DNA of 63,235 nucleotides, filler included, from Octopus bimaculoides (taxonomy: Eukaryota), in assembly GCF_001194135.2 (NCBI RefSeq). It is 5 parts of 5 records of this genome, joined end to end, with 100 filler letters (N's around TTAATTAATTAA, not from the genome) between each part and the next. Parts side by side here need not be neighbours in the genome. Positions count along the whole stretch, not along the records: positions 44,433 to 60,311 come from NC_069003.1; positions 60,412 to 63,235 come from NC_069004.1; 3 more parts are not named here. One strand, written 5' to 3'. The notes under the pieces were generated by a model. The model ran no database searches. It saw only the letters and a list, made by a program, of their open reading frames with translations, and had not been told where the DNA came from. A program made the position numbers and the translations under genes. This document shows positions 49,247 through 63,235 of this stretch, one piece after another (the first letter of the stretch is position 1; each line of letters starts with the position of its first letter).

Positions 49247-49811
49247 CAACTGGTCTGTGTTTGTCCCCACACAACCACTTGACAACAAGTATTTACATGC
49301 CTGTAGCATAGCAATTCAGCAAAAATGGATTGATAGAATAAGTACTTACACACNNNNNNNNNNNNNNNNNNNNNNNNNNNNNNNNNNNNNNNNNNNNNNN
49401 NNNNNNNNNNNNNNNNNNNNNNNNNNNNNNNNNNNNNNNNNNNNNNNNNNNNNNNNNNNNNNNNNNNNNNNNTTAACATACATTCAAGCACATGTATGCA
49501 CACACACATACCGGCACATGTATGTGTGTGCGTATACACACACGCACTTCTTAAAATTCATTCCTGAATACGAATATTTACTCACATATAACTACACACC
49601 AAAGTATACACAGATACACATACACACACACGTTAGACACACTTGTTCGTACATGTTTGTAATTATACAACATTATTGAATGTACAATATCAAATAAGTG
49701 CTACATTCATACGCATACACAAGCTTACACACACACACATGCATATATACACACATACATATATACATACACATTTATCTACAATATATATACACATATA
49801 CATACATACAG

Positions 49812-49842
<31 letters not shown>

Positions 49843-50305
49843 CACGTACATACTCATGTACATACTTATATATCCACAAATATAAACATGTACATAGACA
49901 TACAGACACACACATATACATACACATGCATGTATATCCACAAACATACACACACATCTCCACATATACACACATGCATTTATTTATACATACATGCATA
50001 AACATCCAATAAAACATTATAAAACATGATAACCCCATCAAATGGAATTCAATTAAAAAAAAAGGGGGGGGGGAAGAAGCAAAAAGAAATTTAAAAAAAT
50101 GGAAATACATAAATAAAAGAGACAAAAAAAAAATGTAAAAACATAGACTAGGAACAAAAGAACTGGTATATCTATTTTGGTAAAACTAAATTTTACTGAA
50201 ATAATTAAATAAACATGAACTTACTCATCGGAAAAAAAAAAGAAATTTTAAGTAAAAACCAAAAACAAAACTTACAACTAATTCACAAAAGTGACAGGAA
50301 TGATG

Positions 50306-50342
<37 letters not shown>

Positions 50343-50561
50343 TGGTGGTGGCTTCAGATTTTGCCATAAGGGCAGCCGTTTTGGGGCAGGGGACATGTTG
50401 ATTTCATTGACTCCAGTGTGAAACTGGTACTTAATTTTATCAACCCTGGTAGGAGGAAAGGCAAAGGCGACCTTGGTGGAATTTGAACTCAGAACAAAAA
50501 GATGGACGAAATGCCAGTAAGCATTTCATCCGCATGCTAACCATTCTGCCAGTTTACCAGC

Positions 50562-50589
<28 letters not shown>

Positions 50590-50594
<5 letters not shown>

Positions 50595-51090
50595 GATGGG
50601 CTACAGTAAATATTCTGCTCAATACCACAGATTTGCTTGTCAGTTGTTTGACCTTAACCAGCTGAGCATGTCCCTTGGTGGCTGGCGATATGTGCATCTC
50701 TGATCATGAGCAGAAGTAGTGGAGGAGCATCATAGCCATGTATTTAAAGAGGAATTCTTTGGGATTTGGATAATTCATCTTTGGCAACATGGGTGTTTTG
50801 CTCAACATCCTTAAACAAACCTTATTCAGAGACCTTTTGAGCGGGATGGGCTACTCGACCTGAAGGAAAATTCTAACTGAGCCCCACCTGCGAGGTCATG
50901 CGCTGTTTATCTTGATATGAGATCACCATGTCGCGCACACGTGGCTGTGATGCATGTGCCCAGTGTACCCTTATTGGATGGGTAGTCATGATGGGTATAC
51001 TGGGCTTCGTATATTTTACCCCCGTGTCACTTTGATGGCATGCCCTGCTCTCTCTCACTCAATAATAATAATAATAATAATAATAATAAC
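50590..51090 (+). mobile_element. Non-LTR retroelement 3'-UTR-like repeat ending in (AAT)n
   Basis: Non-coding 500-bp block bounded by (AAT)n tracts and ending CTCTCTCACTC(AAT)n. Confidence 0.5.
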
Positions 51091-51573
51091 TAGCTGGACC
51101 CGTGAAAAATTCACAGAAAGCATAACAAATGTAAGGATCTGTAAACAGTGTAGTGGTGCCATGAGAAATGTTTGTATATTATGACCGTCTGTCTTTATGT
51201 TCTGAGTTCAAATTCTGCTGAGATCGACTTTGCATTTCGTCCTTCCAGGGTCAATAAATTAAGTATCAGTTGTGTACTGGGGTCGATCTAATCAACTGGC
51301 TCCTGTCCCCACAAAAAATTGAGGCCTAGAAAAGTATATTGTGACAGTTACAGAATATAAAAAGTAGTGTAATACCAAAATATCTCAGTTACACAAATGT
51401 AAATGGAATTACTATTTAAACTTAAAATGCATCATACATATTCAAAGAACCTTAATGTACAAATTGAAATGCAAAAGAACGAAATAATAAATGGATTTAT
51501 GAAAGTTTGGTAATTGCGTTTATTTCCACCACGCGACACTTATTATTGCAAACATGTTTTAACTAACCTAAAC

Positions 51574-51625
<52 letters not shown>

Positions 51626-54327
51626 TACATTCATATATATATGTCTTGAGTTGTAACTGTAATTCAAAGGGGCCATCCTTGTCATATTCTGTGTGAGGCT
51701 GAATCTCCCTGAGAACTTACGTTAATGTTATGCATGCCTGTGGAGTACTCAGCCATTTGTGAGTTAATGTTATGCATGCCTGTGGAGTACTTAGCCATTT
51801 GTGAGTTAATTTTATCCTCGTATGGTAATGAAAAGTGAAATTGACAGCTAATATTTGCTGTGTGTATGTATCTATGTAAGAACTTTCTTTTGGATTTAAG
51901 TATCTACTGTCTTTCTCTCTTTCTCTTCCTTTGTGTCCCTCTTCTCTCCCGCTTTTGATATAACAATGTGTATATGTATCTACTTCTCTTGTGATGTGAT
52001 AAACATTTAAAAACACAAAACATCTGCATGTATACTCAGTAGAAATAAGACATCCCGAATATTATTTTAGCAAGTTTGAAGTGATTTCTTTTGTGCTGTA
52101 AACCATTTACCATTTCTGTGGTGCCCCCTCCTCCCTTTGATGCCCTAAGCATGTGCTGATTTTGCTTAATGGTTAATCCAGCACTGCTAGGAACTATAAG
52201 AACCAAGACAGGGTATTTTCCCCGCTACACCAGTCCGTCACAGGGGAAACTTTCTTGCTATTGTTGGATCATTTACATCCAAGTGGACTGGAGCAATGTA
52301 AAATGGAAGAGTTTTGCTAAAGGACATAACTTACCACCCAGTCCAGGAATTGAAATCACGATTGTATGGTCATGAGTGGAACACCCTAACCACTAGGCCA
52401 GAGGCTGTTAGGCAATGCTCATAACCCCACATGTTTTTTAGAGCCTTGAAAATGAGAAGGGGGAAGAGAGGGAGTTGTCCTTAGACCGGCCTCCTGGTTC
52501 TCCGTCGGTTACAATGACAAGCATTCCAGTTGATTTAGTTAATTAAACAGCGTGCTCTTGAGATTAATGTGCAAGTGGCTGAGCACTCCACAGACACGTG
52601 TACCCCTAACATAGTTCTCAGGGAGATTANNNNNNNNNNNNNNNNNNNNNNNNNNNNNNNNNNNNNNNNNNNNNNNNNNNNNNNNNNNNNNNNNNNNNNN
52701 NNNNNNNNNNNNNNNNNNNNNNNNNNNNNNNNNNNNNNNNNNNNNNNNNNNNNNNNNNNNNNNNNNNNNNNNNNNNNNNNNNNNNNNNNNNNNNNNNNNN
52801 NNNNNNNNNNNNNNNNNNNNNNNNNNNNNNNNNNNNNNNNNNNNNNNNNNNNNNNNNNNNNNNNNNNNNNNNNNNNNNNNNNNNNNNNNNNNNNNNNNNN
52901 NNNNNNNNNNNNNNNNNNNNNNNNNNNNNNNNNNNNNNNNNNNNNNNNNNNNNNNNNNNNNNNNNNNNNNNNNNNNNNNNNNNNNNNNNNNNNNNNNNNN
53001 NNNNNNNNNNNNNNNNNNNNNNNNNNNNNNNNNNNNNNNNNNNNNNNNNNNNNNNNNNNNNNNNNNNNNNNNNNNNNNNNNNNNNNNNNNNNNNNNNNNN
53101 NNNNNNNNNNNNAATGTGCAAGTGGCTGAGCACTCCACAGACACGTGTACCCCTAACATAGTTCTCAGGGAGATTAAGTATGAGACAGACTGTGACAAGG
53201 CTGGCCCTTTGAATTTCAGGTACAGCTCATTTTTACTAGCTGAATAGACTGGAGCAAAAAGACAAAAAAAAAAAAAATGTCTTATTCAAGGGCTCAGTGC
53301 ACAACCAGAAGTCGAACTCATGCCTTTACGATTGTGAGCTGAACATCTTAACCACTAAGTCTGGAAACCAGTCGCTAAAAGTGCCTCTGGTACCATGTGG
53401 TGGTGTTAAACTGGATGACAGACCAGGTCTAAGAACACTTCCTCTGCTGGGTTTCCCCACAGTTTCCGTTGACCTAATTTCAGTTGCAGGATATTGGTTG
53501 CTTGGGGGTACCATCTAGGGGGATCCGACCCACAGCATGGTGAAGCAGCAAAGCAAAATTCTTAACCATGCAGCCACAAGTGTGTCCATTAATACTTTGG
53601 ACAGCAAACATGCAGAGCATGTGCTTGTGTTAGCGGAATTTAATAATTAACTTTTTGGGGCTAATCTATTTTTTTAAAGTTAATTAAGATTCAATAACGA
53701 TTTTATTTTTTTTTCTTTCTAATTAGGCATACAGCTTGAGGCCATGCATTTGCTCCGTTAAATACAAATGTGTATCATAGGAGCCAGAAGTCTGAACAAT
53801 TTCTGTGTTGTATTCTAAGCTACTGGCAGTATCGCAACGAGAGCACCTCTACATGGTTGTTTGACTTGCTAGAAATAGCAACCAATTTTCTACACATCAC
53901 ATCTGACTGTCTTGACCCCCCACCATTTTTTTTTTTTAAACCGTATTTCTGACCAAATTCACTGCATTTGTTTTAATTAATTTACTTTGAAAATAATGAA
54001 AAATTTATTCAAATAGCTTCGTCATTATTAACCCTTTTGACATCAACCTGTCTGAGAATGCCGCTGGTTCCATGATATTAACTTCCAGTTTTACAAAGAT
54101 CTCATATTAAAATCATCCTCTATCAACATTTCTTGTTAATTTGTGTTCCAAACACCAGCTTAATATTCTACAAAAATTCTTCGATATCCTCAAAATTAAT
54201 TGAAACTAAGAAAATGTACTTTGACAAAAATATAATAGAAAGGTCCAACTGGTTGTTTGGATATCAGAATAGGGTTTGGTATCCCAGAACCAGGGGTGAT
54301 ATCAGCCTGGTCGGTATGAAAAAGATT

Positions 54328-54710
54328 TTCAGCCGTGGCTGTGTGGTAAGAAGCTTGGTTCCCAGCTACGTGGCTTGGGGGTTCGGTCTCTGGGCGTGGC
54401 ACCTTGGGCAAATGTCTTCTACTATAACATCAGACTGGCCAAAACCTTGCAGGTGGATTTGATTAGATAGAAACTGAAAGAAGCCTGTTGTGTGTGTGTG
54501 TGTGTGTGTGTGTGTCTGTGTTTGTCCCCACACCAGTAACTTAGCAGTTCAGTTTAAGAGACCAATAGAATAAGTACAAGGCTTTAAAAAAAATAAGTAC
54601 TGGAGTTGATACATTTGACTGAAAATTCATGGCAGTGCCCCAGCATGGCCACAGCATGGCAGTGCCCCAACATGGCCACAGTCATAAGACTGAAACGAGT
54701 AAAAGATAAA
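54328..54710 (+). mobile_element. SINE family A, diverged, with an internal 27-bp tandem duplication
   Basis: CATGGCAGTGCCCCAGCATGGCCACAG occurs twice. Confidence 0.8.
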
Positions 54711-55109
54711 AAACAGAGGACAATAGGGTCCTCGATATACAAAGCAGTGCGCAACTGGGACTTATTTAATCCACCCCGAAAGGGTGAAAGGCAAAGTCGA
54801 CCTCGGTGGAATTTGAACTAAGAACGTAACGGCAGATGAAATACCGCTAAACATTTCGCCCAGCGTGCTATCTGCACAGGAGCCAGTCCAATGGCACTAG
54901 CAACGACCACGCTCGAATGTAGTTTTTCACGTGCCACCAGCACATGTGCTGGTAAGGCGACGCTGGCAACAATCACGCTCGAATGGTGCTTTTCATCAAA
55001 GACAATGTCGCATTTTAAACTTGAGAAAAGTCTCACATATTTTCACTGTTCCACTTACAGATTGGATTTATAAAGTGCAAGTCAGTTGGTTGTTTTTTTT
55101 TTTTTTCCT

Positions 55110-55310
55110 TTTCCGAAAACCCTCACTTATCCAGATTATCACTCTGGCATTTACTCACAAAATTGAGTACACCAAATGTTATTGGCATAAATGTGAAATT
55201 ATAATCTGGATACAGCAGCTGGAAATTTCGAAGAAGTCCACAGTTATCCATTTTCTCTTTGATTTTCAAAGAGATATTTACATGAGCAGGACAGCTGGCT
55301 TCCATGACGG
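55110..55310 (-). mobile_element. RLE-type LINE C-terminal endonuclease fragment
   Basis: VMEASCPAHVNISLKIKEKMDNCGLLRNFQLLYPDYNFTFMPITFGVLNFV. Confidence 0.7.
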
Positions 55311-55718
55311 TATATGTATGTATGCATATGCACATAAGTATGCATGTATGTGCATGCGTGCGTGTTAATTGCATGCTGTGAATTTCAAGCCTGGAGCAAA
55401 GTCTGACAAATAAGAAATGGGATGGTTTTCGCATACATTTTCATAAGTGAGATAGTGTGACATATCTCTGAACGTACACGGTAGTTCACGATGTTATCAG
55501 GAACCTAGTAATGAAGACAAAGTGCCATAATTCATCCAGAATTCTTGCAAACATTTATCATCAATTAGTGGGAATATTTTTAATGTTTTGTGCAAGCAGC
55601 TAATTTAATATGTGCATGCACGCAGACCCACATAAACAAACATACACGAGCATATGAGTGCATACGTGTGTGTGTATCTTCATATAAATATTTATTTATT
55701 TCACATATATATATATTT

Positions 55719-55774
<56 letters not shown>

Positions 55775-56697
55775 GAGAATATATGAAAAAACAACAGACG
55801 AGGACATAGCTATACACTGCTGTGTATAAATAAGGAACAAAAATCACATATCTAAACGTATCTGTTCATGTAGACACAAACAGTCCTATTTATACACGAA
55901 CACACACATGCACGCATGCACACAGACATGCACAAATGTATATTAGAAGGATTTTTAATATTTTCTGGGAGGAACTAATTTAATGTGCATGCATGCAAAA
56001 AGACAATGTTGCACATGCACATACATACATACATACACACACAAACATGAATAAATCTATGAATGTGTGTTTGTATGTATGTATGTATGTATGTATGTAT
56101 CTATCTATCTAATGTATGTATGTATCTATTTATCTAATGTATGTATGTATCTACCTACCTACCTATCTATCTATCTATCTATCTATCTATATACATGAAT
56201 ACATGCATACACATACATGTATATATATATATTATTATCATCATCATTTAACATCCGTTTTCCATGCTGGCATGGGTTGGACAGTTTGACAGGAACTGGC
56301 AAGGCTAGAAACCACATAAGATCCCACAGCCTGATCTGGTATGGTTTCTACAGCTGGCAGATCAGATTGGAGCCTGGTGCGGCCTCCTGGCTTACCAGTC
56401 CCCAGTCAAACTGTCCAACCCATACCAGAATGGAAATCGGACGTTAAACAATGATGATGGTATTGATATACAGATCTCTCTCTCTCTCTCTCTCTTTCTA
56501 TATATATNNNNNNNNNNNNNNNNNNNNNNNNNNNNNNNNNNNNNNNNNNNNNNNNNNNNNNNNNNNNNNNNNNNNNNNNNNNNNNNNNNNNNNNNNNNNN
56601 NNNNNNNNNNNNNNNNNNNNNNNNNNNNNNNNNNNNNNNNNNNNNNNNNNNNNNNNNNNNNNNNNNNNNNNNNNNNNNNNNNNNNNNNNNNNNNNNN

Positions 56698-57012
56698 CTT
56701 CTACTATAGCCTTCGGCCGACCAAAGCCTTGTCAGTGGATTTGGTAGACGGAAACTGAAAGAAGCCCGTCGTATATATGTATATATATATGTATGTATGT
56801 GCGTGTGTGTGTTTGTGTTTGTCCCCCCAACATCGCTTGACAACCGATGCTGGTGTGTTTACGTCCCCGTAACTTAGCAGTTCGGCAAAAAGAGACCGAT
56901 AGAATAAGTACTAGGCTTCCAAAGAATAAGTCCTGGGGTAGATTTGCTTGACTAAAAGTGTTGCCCCAGCATGGCCGCAGTCAAATGACTGAAACAAGTA
57001 AAAGAGTAAAGA
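56698..57012 (+). mobile_element. SINE family A (head lost in gap)
   Basis: Collinear with 16377-16688. Confidence 0.85.
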
Positions 57013-57078
57013 GAGTATATATACACACACACACATACATAGATGGATCTCTCTCTCTCTCTCTCTCTCTCTTTCTCC

Positions 57079-57116
<38 letters not shown>

Positions 57117-57569
57117 GCACACATGCATATGAATACCCGTCTATATATTGATAGATAGATATAAATGAAACAGAATTCCAGGAGACTAATGATAGTCACC
57201 ACAAACAACAACAAGACTTGTATTTGAAAAGCAATACATATTTATGCATATACAAGCCTACACACACACAAAAGCATAAGTGCCTTATTCAGCACAACTT
57301 TATTAATAATAATTTCATTTCATTTCCCCCATTTACTTCTGTGCAAAACAGACGAGAGAAAACAGACACCTCCGGAATATTCCAGCAGTGTTCTTTGTAG
57401 TGTCCATAATTTATAGCACACACATAACTTCTCACATGAGATGGCAGACTGTAGGGCTATATGATGTTACTTATAGCTACACAGCTGTATACACGCACAC
57501 ACACACACACACACGTATGTATATATGTGTGTGTGTGTGAGCGTATATGTATACATACATATATATGCA

Positions 57570-57604
<35 letters not shown>

Positions 57605-57731
57605 TTGTATGTGTGAGTGTATATGTATATATACATATATATGCATTTGTGTGTGTGTGTATATATGTATGTGTGAGTGTATATGTATATATACATATAT
57701 ATGCATTTGTGTGTGTTTGTATATATATGTA

Positions 57732-57770
<39 letters not shown>

Positions 57771-58307
57771 CATTGTATAATATACACATTATATATATAT
57801 ATATGTTTGTGTGTGTATATATTCATATATATATATATACACACATGCACACACTATATATATATTTATACACACATACACATATGTATTTCTATGAATA
57901 ATATGTATGTGTGTAGATGTAAATATATGTGCTTAAATGTGTGTGTGTGTGTGTGTGTACATATGGTCTTTTTCCCTCTTAAACTCCAGACAAAAGCACA
58001 TAAGCGCAAGATTAAAAAAATGTTCAACACAAGAATTAAGAAGAAAAAAAAACCCTAACAAAACAAAACAAAAAAAACAAAGCAAAAATAAAGTGATAAA
58101 AAAATATGACTTGATAACACCATGTGATAACATGTAAATCTATCGAGAAAGGTGGTGAATTCATGGAGAGCCAAGCCTGCAACAGATCTCGTTTGAATGT
58201 GGCGTATTTGAATGAACTCGTTTCACTTCATATGGAGGATGACTCTGGCGCTGTTTAACTCTGAGTCGGCCTTGATCCAGCCAGAGTATGATCAAAGAGG
58301 GACTCTC

Positions 58308-58703
58308 TTTTACTTTCTTTTACTTGTTTCAGTCATTTGACTTTGGCCATGCTGGAGCGCTGCCTTGAGTCGAGCAAATCGACCCCAGGACTTATTCTTT
58401 GTAAGCCTAGTACTTATTCTATCGGTTCCTTTTGCCGAACCACTAGGTGACAGGGACGTAAACACACCAGCATCGGTTGTCAAGCGATGGTGGAGGGACA
58501 AACAAAGACACACAAACACACATACATACATACATATATCCGACAGGCTTCTTCCAGTTTCCCTCTACCAAATCCACTCACAAGGCTTTGGTTGGCCCAA
58601 GGCTATAGTAGAAGACACTTGCCCAAGGTGCCACGCAGTGGGAATGAACCCGGAACCATATGGTTGGTAAGCAATCTACTTACCACACAGCCACTCCTGC
58701 GCC
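58308..58703 (-). mobile_element. SINE family A, full length
   Basis: Reverse complement of 16287-16688. Confidence 0.9.
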
Positions 58704-59714
58704 TATCTAGGTACCAATTCCTATCATGGTTCCTTTCAATAGCCCCAAGTTCTATGGTGATACAAGCTTTCTGTACTAAACTGTTCTAGATTTATGTCTC
58801 AAACATCAGCTAAATTAGTTGTTCACAGCTGGGGTGAATACAAGATTTTAAGTAAATTTATCAGCAATAAATTGATACTACCTCTACAACACACCAACTG
58901 TCTTAATTTTTTTATGCAATGCCTTATAATATTTACCATATTTTAACACGTATCACTCTTACTCTCTCTCTTTTACTTGTGAGGTGTTTTCGCTCAATAA
59001 ACACTCACAAAGCCCGGTCTGGGAATCGAAACCGCGATCCTATGACCACGAGTCTGCTGCCCTAACCACTGGGCTATTGCGCCTCCACAAGTTTCTTACT
59101 ACACAGCCACTAAAATCTAAATACTTTGTTATTTAAGAATTAACTAGAATGAAAGCAATGCAACAAAAGGGTTAAATATTGTATGACTGTGTGTTTTGTA
59201 ATTCACCCTGGGACTTCCCCTGGTTTCATGATATGAAAACCTCCTGTTTTAAACTCATCTAAATTAAAACCTTCCACCAAATTTTCTCGTTAATTTATGC
59301 TCCAAACACCAGGTTAATAATAACGAGAAATTTGTGTTGCTAAATTTTTAATTCTTCATTAGTTTTCAAAATTAATTGGAACAAAGCTAATGCATATTGC
59401 AACAGAGAAATATGGTAACAAAAGGCGCAAATGCTGGTGGCAACAGTAAATGTATGTGGTGGTATCAATGGTGGGGGGGGGGGTGTTCATAAATGGGGGC
59501 AGTCTATCTACTAGAAACAGCAGCCAAATCACCTTGAAATCACACTCTGGTTAAAAAGTTCACTTTTGCAGCCACATATTTTTGGGTTCAATCCCACTTG
59601 GGCCAGTGTCCGACCAATGCCTTGTAAGTGAATTTGGTAGCTGGAAACTGTGAGGAAGCCCACTGTTTGTGTATGTGTATACATACATACATATATATAC
59701 AAATGTTTTATTAT

Positions 59715-60100
59715 TTTATTTGTTTGAGTCATTTGACTGCAGTCATGCTGGAGCACTGCCGTAAAGGCCTTTTTTTAGTCAAAGAAATCAATCCCAGGAC
59801 TTATTCTTTGGAAGCCTAGTATTTATTCTATCAGTTTCTTTTGCTGATCTGCTAAGTTACATTGACATCAAACACACCAACATTGGTTGCCAAGTGATGG
59901 TGGGGGAGGCAAAGACTGACACACATAAATATATACATACAATGAGCCTCTTTCAGTTTCTGTCAACCAAATCCACTATAGCCTTGGTTGGCCCAAGGCT
60001 ATAGTGGATTTGCCCAAGGTGCCATACAGTGGGACTGAACTTGGAACTTGGAACCATGTGGTTGAGAAGCAAGCTTCTTACCACACAGCCATGCCTGTGC
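59715..60100 (-). mobile_element. SINE family A, diverged
   Basis: Same motifs as the other family A copies. Confidence 0.8.
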
Positions 60101-62027
60101 CTATATATATATATATATATATATATATAATCATAAATATACAGGGATTAGCATTGAGTTGCTTCTCCAACATACTGAAAATTTAGAAATAGCAGTCAAA
60201 GAACTACTGATTCTAAACTACAAATTTTTCTCTAAATGGATGCCGATATTTATGGCACACATAGAACAAAAAACCGGAAGGGAAAGCATAAACAAAACAA
60301 GTCTTTAGTTANNNNNNNNNNNNNNNNNNNNNNNNNNNNNNNNNNNNNNNNNNNNTTAATTAATTAANNNNNNNNNNNNNNNNNNNNNNNNNNNNNNNNN
60401 NNNNNNNNNNNTCCATAGACCTCCGTAGACATTCTATTCACCAGCACATAACCCCTAAACCTTTCATCGTTTTGCTCGTTTCTTCACGCTGTTGTGTTAA
60501 CCTTCTCCATTGTTTTATTTCGCGAAGTTTACCTGCAGCGCCACCATCACCTTCAAAAGATTCTTATTATTTCTGACGTGTTGAAAAGTATTGGAAGATT
60601 AGGGCTGATCCCTTCTGTTCACTTCCATTCTGTTCCTGGTCTGTTCTGTTCTGTTCCTGGTCTGGGGTAGGCATGGTTGGGTTTGGTTTGCGCTGGGTCT
60701 TATTATTTTTTTTTTTTCTTGTTGGGGTTTGAGAATACAATCGTCTCCACCAGCACTATCACCAACATCACCACCAGTACCACTACTACCACCACCAACA
60801 ACAAAAACAACAAGCATTACCACCACCACCACCACCACCACCGAATAATGCCTACCATAACTACCATTCATACCACACACACACACACACACACATAATC
60901 ACACGCACGCACATACATTGCGCGCGCACACGCGCACACACACCATGACATCGTGCCTATTACAATTGCATGTCTATTGTATATCTGTGTTGGTATTGAT
61001 ACGGCATTGCTTGTCTTTTCGCCACGTTGCTAGTCTGTCTTTGACGTTATCACACTCACACACACACACACAAGCACACAAAAACACACACACACACACA
61101 CAAACACAAAACACACATACAAAAATACACATACACACTCACACATACACACACAAACACACGCACACTCACAAAAATACACACATACACACACACACAC
61201 TCACCGAGTCAGATACACACAAAACACGACACGATTTAATGTTTGTGACATTCTGTGGCACTCTACAATATACTGTAACTCATAAACAGATGTGAACAGG
61301 CTACGATACTAATATAATACACCCTAAAACAGACCATGTTACATGATAGACTATGTCACATGATGATACACTGTGTGACACCATGATTCTCTATGATAAT
61401 ACATAATCCGCCACCATAAGCGATGGCACACCATGTCACTCCACAATACACGTGATACACCATCATACATGACGATATATTATCAGACATCATGTCACAC
61501 TCGAAGGAACCGCTCATTCATACTCTACAACTTATCATGAGAGACCGTGACACAACATGTGACACCGTGTGATACCATGAGATTTCTCTCTCTCTCTCTC
61601 TTTTAATCCGTAAGGGGCATAGAGCTGCGATCATTTCAAGCGAGTGGACGCCATCTTGAGTGACCTCCTTGCTTTCAGACCAATAGAGACCGATTGTTTT
61701 CGTTTCAGTCTCCAGTAAGTACCAGTTGAACACTGGGTCGATGTAATTGACTAACCCACCCACCCACGAAATTGCTAGCTTTGTGCCAAAATTCCAAACC
61801 AATATATAATGTCACGCAAAGATAGTGAGGTTGGCAGAATCGTTAGCACGCTGGGCGAAATGCTAAACCTGATTTCGTCCGTCTCTAACATTCTGAGATC
61901 AAATCCTACCAAGGTCGACTTTGTCTTTCATCCCTTCGGCCGTCGATATAATAAATATCAGCTGAGTATTGGGGTCGAAATTGCTGACCTTGTAAGTCAT
62001 TTCACACCACAACGAACCATGACTCAC

Positions 62028-62125
62028 CCCAGTGGTCTGATTGCGGACTGCGCTTGCCCATTACTGACCCCAAGCGCTGACCTGTTGCTGACCTTGTGGT
62101 GGTTACTAACGTTCTTTTCATCCAT
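62028..62125 (-). CDS. Candidate coding exon of an unidentified minus-strand gene
   Basis: Acceptor TTCTAG|ATG, donor CTGGG|GTGAGT; 98 nt open, MDEKNVSNHHKVSNRSALGVSNGQAQSAIRPL(G); GC-richer than flanks. Confidence 0.4.
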
Positions 62126-62594
62126 CTAGAATCACTAACACATACCAGTTACTTAACCGGGCCAACTTAATGATCAATACTTAGTCCTTCAAAACCTTCA
62201 ACGTTGTTAGTTAGTCTCAATGTTAGAATTCCTCTTCGTCTCACTCTTGAGGTCTTCAAGTGAGTCTTGAAAGTGTTGCTAGGAGACAGAAAGGGAGGGT
62301 TAACCTTCTGGGAAATGTTATGAAATGGTTTGACGACGTGGCTTTAGTTGAGAGACGACACTTTTAGTGAAGATGGAGGCGCTGCCTTCAACTAGTAAAT
62401 GTTAAGGAAAGGTTTGACTATACAATATATTCTGTTGCGTGTCTTTCGTCTATACATCTTCCACCCCTCTTTAATCATAAACACCCGCAGCCACATACCC
62501 TAATCTTATCTATCTATCTGTCTGTCTTTCTATCCATCCAGCCATCCATCCGTCCGGTAGTCCGTCCGTCTTTCTCTGTCAGTCTGCCTATCTG

Positions 62595-62631
<37 letters not shown>

Positions 62632-63235
62632 TTATATCTTTCTCTCTCTGTCTGTTTGTCTGTCTGCCTGTCTGTCCATCTATTCACCTATCTACATACA
62701 CACACACATATATGTGCGTACGTTTGGTTATCTATATACCTACTGTTCACTTCGAAATCACTATTAACCTTTACTATGCAAATGATAAACACACACTCAT
62801 CCAAACATGTAAATCTGTACAGGCGCACATTTGTGTGTGTGTGTATGTGTGTTTCTCTATATACCCGTAATTCAATTAACTAGTTTTGAGGTGGATTTTG
62901 TCATCTGTGTATCCGAAATACCCACCGACCCACACTTCGGTATGGCCCTCACCCCGTTGTTGCGCTTACACAATATCGATCCTACCCCAGGACCCTACAC
63001 GACGCATCTCTTAAACAACAACAACAGAAACAATAACAACAATTAACAATGCTCTATAATCTACCCCGGTGTTCTTTCTACCATCCGCATACATACGTAC
63101 TTACGAACGTACGTATATACATGAATTTTAACGCACACATAGACAGACACATAGAGAAAGCAAATACACACACATAATATACTGTTGTATCTTTCACAGC
63201 ACTGCACTACCCCTGTTCAAATTGTCCCCACCCCT

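Noticed and set aside
51722-51808. 42-bp tandem duplication, and the decamer-like CATGTGACAC tract at about 61330-61580
   Set aside because: Ordinary slippage/minisatellite; no unique spacers, and the eukaryotic context means it is not CRISPR.

Overview
Eukaryotic, AT-rich, gap-riddled genomic scaffold, about 10% N, with long (TA)n/(CA)n/(TACA)n/(GATA)n microsatellites. The SINE families and repeat landscape look like an Octopus genome (inference from pattern recognition, not a database match). Most of the window is a transposable-element graveyard: several tRNA-headed SINE families, Tc1/mariner, Ty3/Gypsy gag-pro-RT, RTE, CR1/L2 and RLE-type LINE fragments, Penelope-like GIY-YIG fragments, Helitrons and MITEs. 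Only one long intact ORF exists (23186-24991, minus). It is a 601-aa BED-finger/hAT transposase derivative whose third catalytic residue is Lys instead of Glu, with a candidate spliced 5' UTR and only one recognisable element end, so it is a candidate domesticated ZBED-like gene. The other notable signal is a set of hammerhead-ribozyme motifs with palindromic stem III, four of them in the arms of two head-to-head fold-back structures (2141-3400 and 4341-7095). Also present are a telomeric-repeat-containing Mutator-like MITE with a 9-bp TSD and a stop-riddled Pro/Gln-rich pseudo-exon. All motif calls were made by eye, and repeat boundaries are approximate.
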